Source: a virus (taxonomy: Duplodnaviria > Heunggongvirae > Uroviricota > Caudoviricetes). Taken from it: a stretch of 35,682 bases of DNA. Positions 9,375-16,555 of this stretch are shown piece by piece (position 1 is the stretch's first letter; each line of letters starts with the position of its first letter). The DNA lies in the IMG/VR virus record IMGVR_UViG_3300028591_000112, positions 95,934-131,615 of that record; one strand, 5' to 3'. Position numbers and translations under genes: made by a program. Under the pieces are notes generated by a model. It had not been told where the DNA came from, ran no database searches, and saw nothing but the letters and a program-made list of their open reading frames with translations.

Positions 9375-9818
9375 ATGGATATTAAAAGTGGTTGCGGTTA
9401 TCCTGCATCAAGTTTATCAAATTTTTGTCCACATCCTTTTGTAATTGATGGTATACAATGCAATTCAATGGAAGGTTTTTTACAAAGTTTAAAATTTAAA
9501 GATATTGAAATGCAAAAATACGTTTGTTCTTTGGTAGGCAAGGCTGCAAAATTTAAAGGCAAACCTAAAAAGTGGTATAAAACTCAAATTTTATATTGGC
9601 TAGGTACAGAATATCAAAGAGAAAGTCAAGAATATCAAGATTTATTAGATAGAGCTTATAAGGAATTATTTAAAAACGAAACATTTAAAAAAGCATTATT
9701 ATCTACAAAAGATACAATAATTACTCATTCTATTGGTAAATCTAATAAAAAAGAAACTGTTTTAACAGAACAAGAATTTTGTTCAAGATTAATGAAACTT
9801 AGAGATGGTACATTATAG
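9375..9818 (+). CDS. NADAR family protein (T4 gp30.3-like)
   Basis: LSNFCPHPFVIDGIQCNSMEGFLQSLKF motif. Confidence 0.85.
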   Translation: MDIKSGCGYPASSLSNFCPHPFVIDGIQCNSMEGFLQSLKFKDIEMQKYVCSLVGKAAKFKGKPKKWYKTQILYWLGTEYQRESQEYQDLLDRAYKELFKNETFKKALLSTKDTIITHSIGKSNKKETVLTEQEFCSRLMKLRDGTL

Positions 9819-9890
9819 GAGTTTAGTGTAATGACAGCGCATTGGTCTTTAAAACAGATAATCTAGATTCAAATTCTAGTTGCTATGCTA
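9817..9890 (+). pseudogene. Degenerate tRNA-Trp copy (loop ct-tta-aa)
   Basis: 5' half resembles exon 10344-10376, 3' half resembles 9244-9318; stems broken; ends CTA. Confidence 0.7.
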
Positions 9891-9952
9891 TTTTTTGACT
9901 TTTTTATAAAAATATTATATAATATTTATATAGAAAAAGAAAGAGGGATACT

Positions 9953-10339
9953 ATGCAAATTATTAATAAAAAGGTTCAATTAGAAGGATATGAAGTTGAA
10001 CTTTTAGAAAGAAATTCTGCTTATATAGATGTACAAACATTAGAATTAATTCCTCTATACAAAGTAAGAGAACAAGAAAAGATTTTTTGTTTAGATGTTC
10101 TATCTGAAATGATAGAAAAAAATGGAATAATACTTATTGAAGATACTAATAATTTGATAGAATATGTAAAAGAAAATTTTAGTTTTTATAAAAATTTTTA
10201 TCATTTATCAGTAGACATAAGAGATTATCCAGATTTATTAAGTTGGATAACTTTTAAACAATGGGAAAAATATCCAGGACATGAGTTAATAATGGATATA
10301 GATGGCACTTTCTTTTTAATAGAAATGGAAGAAAAATAA
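9953..10339 (+). CDS. Hypothetical protein
   Basis: Own promoter and GAGGG RBS. Confidence 0.75.
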   Translation: MQIINKKVQLEGYEVELLERNSAYIDVQTLELIPLYKVREQEKIFCLDVLSEMIEKNGIILIEDTNNLIEYVKENFSFYKNFYHLSVDIRDYPDLLSWITFKQWEKYPGHELIMDIDGTFFLIEMEEK

Positions 10340-10376
10340 TCTTAGGGGCTTAGTGTAATGGCAGCACATCGGTCTT

Positions 10377-10981
10377 AAGCTAAAATAAAAAGGAGTAAAA
10401 TTATGGATACAATAACAAAAGGAAGACTAGGATATAACCTATTAGAAAAAGAATTACTTAAAAGAGAATTTGAAATTTATATTCCTTTATTAGAAAATAC
10501 AAAAATAGATTGTATAATTTGTAAAAATGGAGTATTACTAAAATTACAAATTAAAACAATTCAAATAGATAGAGGATATAAAAAACTTCCTGTTAGAAAG
10601 ATTAGTCATAATCAAGGAGAGTATAAAGTTCATAATTATACCTCTGATGAAATAGACTTCTTTATTGGAACTGATGTAGAAACAGAAGATTTATATATAG
10701 TTCCTATTTCAATAATAGAACAGTATAAATCTGCAATTTCAATTAAAACATTAGAACCTTATAAAAATAATTTTACTCTATTGGAGCCTCAAGTTGGAAA
10801 CAATTTGAGTGGATGCGATGATATCGGTGAAACCTTAACTGGTAATACCGAGGGAATAGAATAATATTCTAGCCCGTAGAGAGTAGATAATCGCACACCT
10901 AAGTTAGAAATAATATGGTGAAGATGTACTCCAGACCACAAACTACAGTATCCAGTAGGTAGTGAAAACTATAGTGGCAAG
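10377..10981 (+). mobile_element. Group I intron after U34 of tRNA-Trp(UCA)
   Basis: Guide ttggag, P2 ctcaagttg/caatttgag, atcggtgaaa, aataccgag, gtagagagta, aagatgtactcc, terminal G. Confidence 0.9.
10403..10864 (+). CDS. Intron-encoded PD-(D/E)XK homing endonuclease (I-Ssp6803I-like)
   Basis: TKGRLG...IP.....IDCII...KLQIKT...YTSDEIDFF. Confidence 0.85.
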   Translation: MDTITKGRLGYNLLEKELLKREFEIYIPLLENTKIDCIICKNGVLLKLQIKTIQIDRGYKKLPVRKISHNQGEYKVHNYTSDEIDFFIGTDVETEDLYIVPISIIEQYKSAISIKTLEPYKNNFTLLEPQVGNNLSGCDDIGETLTGNTEGIE

Positions 10982-11097
10982 CAAAACCGTAAGAGCGGGG
11001 TCTCCAAAACCTCGGGTGTGGGTTCGAGTCCTACAGCCCCTGCCATGAGTTTTTAACGAGTTGTTCGTTTATTAATACATTTAGAAAGAGGGATAGT

Positions 11098-11337
11098 ATG
11101 GCAAAAAGAAGAGGTAGTTCTCATAGTGGAGAGGCACAATATTCAGTAACTCAAGCTAATTTAGATAAAAAGGGAAAAACAAACAAGAAATTAAAAAGAA
11201 GTCCTATGGCAACTAAATATTTAACTCCAAGAGGAAAAGAAATAAAAGAGGCGGCAGCAGAGTTTGTAAAAGCTCATCCTGCAGGATCTGGTCGTAGAAC
11301 TCAAAAAGCATTAAATAAATTAGCTAAGGTTGCATAA
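11098..11337 (+). CDS. Small highly basic hypothetical protein
   Basis: GAGGGA RBS; K/R-rich; downstream hairpin. Confidence 0.7.
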   Translation: MAKRRGSSHSGEAQYSVTQANLDKKGKTNKKLKRSPMATKYLTPRGKEIKEAAAEFVKAHPAGSGRRTQKALNKLAKVA

Positions 11338-11373
11338 TAAATAAATATATGATGAATTTTCATCATATTCTTT

Positions 11374-11449
11374 GGACGAGTGGCGTAGCCGGTGCGCGCG
11401 TTAGACTGAAAATCTAAAGGAACTAGTTCAACTCTAGTCTCGTCCACCA
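11374..11449 (+). tRNA. tRNA-Phe(GAA)
   Basis: Cloverleaf; arm ttaga-ctgaaaa-tctaa. Confidence 0.92.
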
Positions 11450-11491
11450 GAATAAAGGGGGCGTGGCGGAATCGGTAGACGCACAGGACTT

Positions 11492-12268
11492 TGTTCTAGT
11501 TTACAAAACCACACACAGAGCACTTAAATAGGAAACTTTTAAGTGAATGATGGCTAATTCGGCGAAAGACTTATTAAGTTAACGCCGAGCTAAATATTTT
11601 TGGGCAAACGCTTTAAAAATGTAGACATATTTTTCATAATAATATAAGAGGTGAAAATTATGGCATTACAAAAATACACAAAAGAATGGTTAGAAGAACT
11701 TTGTAAAGATAGTTTTTCATTAGCAGAAGTGTTAAAAAAAGCAGGTCGTAAACAAGGTGGAGGTAACCAAGAAACATTAAAGAAAAAAATTCAAGAATTT
11801 GATATTGATATTTCACATTTTACAGGACAACTTTGAAATAAAGGAAAAACAAAAGAAGAAGATAATAGAATAAAAAGTAATGAAAAATATTCATTAGAAG
11901 AAGTATTTTGTAAAAATAGTCCTGTAACGCAAAAGGTTTTACGTGGTTATGTAGAAAGACACAATATTTTAGAATATAAATGTGAAACCTGTGGATGTGA
12001 TGGGCATTGACAAGGTGGAGAAATTTCATTAGAAATAGACCATATTAATGGAGATAATACAAATAATACAAAAGAAAATCTTAGATATTTATGTCCTAAC
12101 TGTCATGCATTAACAGAAACTTATCGTGGAAAAAATAAAGCATTAAAAGCTCAAAAGTTAAATGTGTAGAGACTATACACCATCCACCTAAGTCTTTATA
12201 AGATATGGTGAAGACATAGTCCAGACTACAACGCGATTTCCGCGGCTATAGTAATATAGAGTAGTAAG
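11492..12268 (+). mobile_element. Group I intron in tRNA-Leu(UAA)
   Basis: P1 ctttgt/acagag, aattcggcgaaa, aacgccgag, gtagagacta, aagacatagtcc, terminal G; same U34^A35 site as cyanobacterial/plastid trnL introns. Confidence 0.93.
11660..12169 (+). CDS. Intron-encoded HNH endonuclease (code 4, 169 aa)
   Basis: Reads through two TGA; CETC...LEIDHINGDNTNNTKENLRYLCPNCH. Confidence 0.9.
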
Positions 12269-12339
12269 AAAATCCTGCGAGGTTAATCCCTCATGTGGGT
12301 TCAAGTCCCACCACCCCCACCATTTTTAGGAGGTAAGAT

Positions 12340-12546
12340 ATGAATAATCTAAAAACAGTGCCAACATCAAAATTGGTTCATATCTTATGTGAGGAAGAAA
12401 ATCAACATGTAATTAACGCAATTGCATATGAACTAGCTTGCAGAATATATGTACCAAATAATAGTCAAACAACTTTTGAAGAATTATTAGAAAAATTTGG
12501 TTATAAAACAATAGAAGAAGAAAAAAATATATTAAAGAAAAATTAA
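12340..12546 (+). CDS. Hypothetical protein
   Basis: AGGAGG RBS. Confidence 0.7.
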   Translation: MNNLKTVPTSKLVHILCEEENQHVINAIAYELACRIYVPNNSQTTFEELLEKFGYKTIEEEKNILKKN

Positions 12547-12550
12547 ACTT

Positions 12551-12637
12551 GGGTAGGCGCCGGAGTGGGAGAGCCGGGGCGGACTGTAAATCCGTTGTCT
12601 TACGACTGAGAAGGTTCGAATCCTTCGCTACCCACCA
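12551..12637 (+). tRNA. tRNA-Tyr(GUA)
   Basis: Cloverleaf with long variable arm; loop ctgtaaa. Confidence 0.93.
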
Positions 12638-12640
12638 TTT

Positions 12641-12725
12641 GCCTGGGTAGCCGAATGGTATAGGCACTAGTTTTAGGAACTAGCGACGAAAGTCATTGAA
12701 GGTTCAAGTCCTTCCCCGGGCACCA
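12641..12725 (+). tRNA. tRNA-Leu(UAG)
   Basis: Arm ctagt-tttagga-actag; long variable arm. Confidence 0.93.
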
Positions 12726-12728
12726 TAT

Positions 12729-12822
12729 GCCCACTTACCCAAGTTCGGCTGAAGGGGTCGGTCTTGAAAACCGAAAGGTCGTTAATAGCGGCGCGGAGGT
12801 TCGAATCCTTCAGTGGGCGCCA
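12729..12822 (+). tRNA. tRNA-Ser(UGA)
   Basis: Arm tcggt-cttgaaa-accga; long variable arm; G73. Confidence 0.94.
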
Positions 12823-12825
12823 TAT

Positions 12826-12902
12826 GCGGTACTAGCTCAGTCGGTTAGAGCACCGCCCTGATAAGACGGGGGTCCCAGGTTCAAGTCCTGGGTGCCGCAC
12901 CA
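12826..12902 (+). tRNA. tRNA-Ile(GAU)
   Basis: Cloverleaf; loop ctgataa. Confidence 0.92.
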
Positions 12903-12924
12903 TTTTTTTAAAGAGGTAAATAAT

Positions 12925-13140
12925 ATGAAAGATTATGAAATAGAGATAGATTATGTTCATTTTAATAAAGATAATATTTGCATAGGCTGGTCCGCAAATA
13001 TAGGTTTTGGAGTTTTAACAATTAATCAAAACAATAACACTTTTGCTATTGAAACCGAATGTTTAGGACAAAATTTTTATGAACAGGTTATGCAAAAATT
13101 TCAAGAATATATTTTAAATCATTCTATTATTATAGAATAA
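12925..13140 (+). CDS. Hypothetical protein
   Basis: GAGG RBS before ATG 12925. Confidence 0.7.
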   Translation: MKDYEIEIDYVHFNKDNICIGWSANIGFGVLTINQNNNTFAIETECLGQNFYEQVMQKFQEYILNHSIIIE

Positions 13141-13141
13141 T

Positions 13142-13217
13142 GTCCCTATAGTTCAAATGGATAGAGCACTAGACTACGGATCTAGTAATGAGAGTTCAAG
13201 TCTTTCTAGGGATACCA
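13142..13217 (+). tRNA. tRNA-Arg(ACG), canonical U33 copy
   Basis: Arm ctaga-ctacgga-tctag; CCA. Confidence 0.9.
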
Positions 13218-13272
13218 TAAAAAATAATTGATTTTTTATATAAAATATAATATAATAATAATGTAATAAAAA

Positions 13273-13416
13273 GTTAGTAGCTTAAAAGTGCATATAGTAT
13301 GAAAAGTTCGCGAGTATTCAGAATTATGCTTTCATTTTATTGGCACTGCAGAAGTCAATTTTATGTCCAGAGCACCAGCGCGGAGCTGGAAGATTCAGGT
13401 GTGAGTCCTGACTAAC
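13273..13416 (+). ncRNA. tRNA-like element with ~80-nt D-loop expansion
   Basis: gttag/ctaac, D-stem gctt/gagc, ccagc/gctgg arm, T-arm tcagg-tgtgagt-cctga; promoter 13228-13256. Confidence 0.5.
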
Positions 13417-13424
13417 AGTTTTTT

Positions 13425-13499
13425 GGCCGGTTCGGCAAGTGGTTAAGCCACCGCACTTTCTATGCGGTATCATGGGTTCGAATCCCATACTGGTCACCA
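13425..13499 (+). tRNA. tRNA-Glu(UUC)
   Basis: Arm ccgca-ctttcta-tgcgg; CCA. Confidence 0.92.
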
Positions 13500-13502
13500 T
13501 TT

Positions 13503-13577
13503 GTTCTCATAGTACAACGGATAGTACAAGGGTCTTCTAAGCCTTTGATCTAGGTTCGATTCCTAGTGGGAACACCA
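13503..13577 (+). tRNA. tRNA-Arg(UCU)
   Basis: Arm agggt-cttctaa-gcctt; CCA. Confidence 0.92.
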
Positions 13578-13587
13578 TTTAATTTAT

Positions 13588-14034
13588 GGGCTTGACAAGG
13601 TTTCGACTAGCATATTAGAATATTAGAATACAGGCGGTAGGCAGCTACCTTAAAGAGCAATAATAAAAATAAATGACAACATTTTAACAAAAATTGTTAA
13701 TAAAGTTAAATCTTTATTCTCTATTAATAGAGTAGTATTCGCGTAATACTAAACAACTTCTATACAAGTATCAGGATACAATCAGAAAAAGTATAGTCGT
13801 ATTAACGAGCAAAGATTGTCGCATATGAACTGTCTTATGTCGTGGAAAATATGTTGAACTACTTAATACATAAGCCTTTGTTGTTGAGTTTTACCAATAG
13901 GGTGCAGTTTTTATCATAGGATATAGTAAAAGGAGAGAATTAATAAAATTGGTCAAAGCTTGTAAGGTAAGAATGAGATTTCTGATATATCAATATGGTC
14001 TAGGACGCGAGTTCGATTCTCGCCAGGTCCACCA
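13588..14034 (+). ncRNA. ssrA: tmRNA; predicted tag (A)DNILTKIVNKVKSLFSINRVVFA at 13675-13746
   Basis: 5' gggcttgacaaggtttcgac; 3' gacgcgagttcgattctcgccaggtccacca; G3-U70; ataaat-GAC resume context. Confidence 0.95.
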
Positions 14035-14145
14035 TTTGTTTCGATAGCTCAGTAGGTAGAGCAATGAATTAAATATTTTAATAGACCATTAGAGTTGTGG
14101 TCAGATGGTTATAATTTTTATATCTCTATTTTTATATATAGTAAT

Positions 14146-14221
14146 GAGGGTGTAACTCAGTTGGTAGAGTAACGGACCTTTAATCCGTGAGTCGAGAGTT
14201 CGAGTCTCTCCACCCTCACCA
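14146..14221 (+). tRNA. tRNA-Lys(UUU), C33 variant, nested inside the split tRNA
   Basis: Arm acgga-cctttaa-tccgt; CCA. Confidence 0.92.
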
Positions 14222-14247
14222 TTATGAAAATGAAGGGAGATATAAAA

Positions 14248-14673
14248 ATGAATAGCAAAGATAAAGGTAATATTGGTGAAGCTATTGTTTTAGCAGAGTT
14301 TGCAAAAAGACAAATTCAAGTAGCAATTCCTTTTGGAGATAATGCTAGATATGATTTAATAGCAGATTTTAATGGCAAATTAAATAAAATACAAGTAAAA
14401 TATTGTGGACAAATTACAGAAAATAATTCTTTTACTTGTCCTTGTGCAAGTAGTACAAATCATACTACTAATAAACATTTATCTACTTATGAAAATGATG
14501 TAGATTATATGGCATTTTATCTTGTATCTATTGATAAATTATTATTAGTTCCAATAAAACAATTAGAAGGTAAAAAAACTATTACTTTTAGATTAGAACC
14601 ACCAAAAAATGGACAACATATAGGAATTAATTTAGTAGAAGATTATTTATTAGATAAAATTATAAATATTTAA
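14248..14673 (+). CDS. PD-(D/E)XK homing endonuclease (I-Ssp6803I-like), no intron core seen
   Basis: KDKGNIGEA...IPFGDNARYDLIAD...KIQVKY...YENDVDY. Confidence 0.88.
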   Translation: MNSKDKGNIGEAIVLAEFAKRQIQVAIPFGDNARYDLIADFNGKLNKIQVKYCGQITENNSFTCPCASSTNHTTNKHLSTYENDVDYMAFYLVSIDKLLLVPIKQLEGKKTITFRLEPPKNGQHIGINLVEDYLLDKIINI

Positions 14674-14713
14674 TCAAAGGGTCGAGAGTTCGAATCTCTC
14701 TCGAGACACCATT

Positions 14714-14789
14714 GCCTCCTTAGCTCAGTCGGTAGAGCGCACGGCTGTTAACCGTTAGGTCGTAGGTTCGAGCCCTACAGGGGGCGCCA
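14714..14789 (+). tRNA. tRNA-Asn(GUU)
   Basis: Cloverleaf; loop ctgttaa; G73. Confidence 0.94.
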
Positions 14790-14818
14790 TTTGAAAATAA
14801 TTTTTATATATAGATAAT

Positions 14819-15043
14819 ATGGCACGTTATTCTAGTCTTTTAAAACAAAAGATGCAAATTATTGCTATTGAAATAATCTAGAGCGATTTTTAAAAAGTTT
14901 GAAGTGTAGTCTCAGTGGTAATCAAGTCGTAGAAAATATTTCTACCACAAAAGTAAAACGAAAGTGCAACCCTAGTAATAGGCTGTCTTTTGTGAGGAAA
15001 ACTTACTTGACCTAAGCTACAGAATTACTTTTTAAAATGCCAT
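14819..15043 (+). ncRNA. Putative structured ncRNA (~225 nt)
   Basis: Nested helices atggca/tgccat, tttaaaaagt/actttttaaa, tcaagt/acttga, cacaaaag/cttttgtg, gtagaaa/tttctac. Confidence 0.55.
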
Positions 15044-15047
15044 TTAC

Positions 15048-15167
15048 AAAAGGGTTAATTGGAAATAGTTATGAATATAAAAACGATTACTTGTGTAATG
15101 TCAGTACGAAACTGAACCGCATCCGACGGGAAATTGACAGCTGAAGTATAATATAACTAGCCCTTTT
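15048..15167 (+). ncRNA. Putative structured ncRNA (~120 nt)
   Basis: aaaagggtta/tagccctttt, tagttat/ataacta, tactt/aagta, tgtca/tgaca. Confidence 0.5.
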
Positions 15168-15169
15168 AT

Positions 15170-15246
15170 CTCCAAGTAGCTCAGTTTGGTAGAGCGCCTG
15201 GCCTGGGACCAGGAGGTCGTAGGTTCAAATCCTGTCTTGGAGACCA
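15170..15246 (+). tRNA. tRNA-Pro(UGG), C33 variant
   Basis: Arm cctgg-cctggga-ccagg; C1-G72. Confidence 0.92.
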
Positions 15247-15250
15247 TTTT

Positions 15251-15326
15251 AGGGGAATAACTCAATGGTTAGAGTGGGGAGCTTATATCTCTCTGGTTGT
15301 GGGTTCGAATCCTACTTCCCCTACCA
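15251..15326 (+). tRNA. tRNA-Ile(UAU)
   Basis: Arm gggag-cttatat-ctctc; ACCA. Confidence 0.88.
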
Positions 15327-15329
15327 TTT

Positions 15330-15406
15330 GGAGGCTTAGCGCAATCGGTTAGAGCGTCTGCCTGTCACGCAGAAGGTCGTGGGTTCAAATCCCATAGTCT
15401 CCGCCA
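15330..15406 (+). tRNA. tRNA-Asp(GUC)
   Basis: Arm tctgc-ctgtcac-gcaga; G73. Confidence 0.95.
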
Positions 15407-15675
15407 TTTAGATTATTAATGGTAATCTTGGGCAGTAGTAGATTTTAAATGTTATTAAGGAGATAATTGAAACATATTATATGCCATTAACAGCCATTTT
15501 GACAATTATTAAAAATTTTTATATAATATATATGTAAATAAAAAATATTTACAAAGCGAAATTGTAATGACTTTAAATAATAACAATTTTCATATTTTCA
15601 TTTCTTCCAAAGAAAATATAGGTAAATGGGGCAATTATGCCCCTTACTTATTGATGGAAAGGTTAGGTTAAAGAA

Positions 15676-16200
15676 ATGGAGACAATTAAATTAAAAAAAC
15701 ATAAAAGAATTAAGTGAAAAAATATAATATTAATTATATTGATAATTGCAATAGGAATTTTTATTTCTACTTTTAAAATTGCCTATAAATATACAGCAAT
15801 AGATGAAGAACATAATAGGGAAATTATTGGTTATTCTAATAGTAAATATTTAGTTAATTATACTATGTATGAATATATAGGGGATATAGAAAAACAAAAA
15901 TACTTAATTGCAGATTTTAATTTAACTAAAATATATAAGGTTAATTTAACAATTGTTCATAGGACTAAAAAATATAATGACGAAAAGATAAAAAATGATA
16001 TTAAACAAAATACTTATGTTAAAGTTTATGCGGCAATAGTTTCATTAGAAGGAAAAACCATATATGTATTGCCGCCAAACCAAAATATAATATTTAATAG
16101 ACTACCTAAAAAAGAATTTGATGTATCTTTTGATTATATAGATATAAGTTTAATAAACACTGAAGAAGATATATATGATTTTATTGCTAGTTTTGACTAG
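15676..16200 (+). CDS. Membrane-anchored hypothetical protein (code 4, 174 aa)
   Basis: METIKLKKHKRIK(TGA=W)KNIILIILIIAIGIF: basic stretch then transmembrane helix; in frame with track ORF 15739. Confidence 0.75.
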
Positions 16201-16210
16201 CTTTATTTAT

Positions 16211-16289
16211 CGCGGGGTGGAGCAGTTTGGTCAGCTCGCCAGGCTCATAATCTGGAGGTCGCAGGTTCGAATCCTGCCCGCCGCAACCA
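16211..16289 (+). tRNA. Initiator tRNA-fMet(CAU), atypical
   Basis: cgcgggg start, C1:A72 mismatch, loop ctcataa; one extra G in the 3' acceptor strand. Confidence 0.88.
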
Positions 16290-16343
16290 TTGAAGATAAA
16301 ATGAAAAAATTTGACAATCCGAAAATTTTTCGTTATAATATAA

Positions 16344-16415
16344 ATGTAATGATTAAGGTATAGTCCATCATTACAATAAACAATCCCTTTCCATGCGGCT
16401 TCGGCCGCTCTTTTT
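16344..16415 (+). ncRNA. Putative small RNA with own promoter and terminator
   Basis: TTGACA(16311)-17-TATAAT; hairpin tgtaatga/tcattaca; gcggc-ttcg-gccgc + U tract. Confidence 0.5.
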
Positions 16416-16481
16416 ATTTGCTCTTGATTTTTTAATAAAAATATATTATAATATTTATATGATAAAGAAAGGAATAATATT

Positions 16482-16541
16482 ATGTGATTAATTATTTTGT
16501 TGATATTAATAATATTATTAATTGATTTAGCAAGTTATTAA
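16482..16541 (+). CDS. 19-aa hydrophobic peptide MWLIILLILIILLIDLASY (code 4)
   Basis: First ORF after a promoter; GAAAGGA RBS; TGA at codon 2. Confidence 0.45.
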
Positions 16542-16555
16542 AAGGAGGAATTATA

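Larger units (their letters stand above)
10344..11045 (+). tRNA. Intron-containing tRNA-Trp(UCA) with an extra CCA anticodon arm (exons 10344-10376, 10982-11045)
   Basis: aggggct/agcccct acceptor stem; spliced arm cggt-cttcaaa-accg; second arm ggggt-ctccaaa-acctc; normal T-arm and GCCA. Confidence 0.8.
11457..12322 (+). tRNA. Intron-containing tRNA-Leu(UAA) (exons 11457-11491, 12269-12322)
   Basis: Spliced arm cagga-cttaaaa-tcctg, long variable arm, ACCA. Confidence 0.93.
14038..14711 (+). pseudogene. Split tRNA (Lys-type): 5' half 14038-14067, 3' half 14669-14711
   Basis: gtttcga/tcgagac acceptor halves ~600 bp apart; D-arm in left half; tttaa loop remnant, T-arm and ACCA in right half. 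Confidence 0.8.

Noticed and set aside
10344..11045. Selenocysteine tRNA interpretation of the UCA anticodon
   Set aside because: 7-bp acceptor stem and Trp-type body; the extra arm is a Trp CCA anticodon arm; no sel genes seen
4673..16363. Track ORFs overlapping tRNAs or introns (4673-4906, 5926-6117, 6721-6969, 11820-12029, 12413-12667, 16175-16363)
   Set aside because: Shadow ORFs over tRNA genes or antisense to real genes; no RBS
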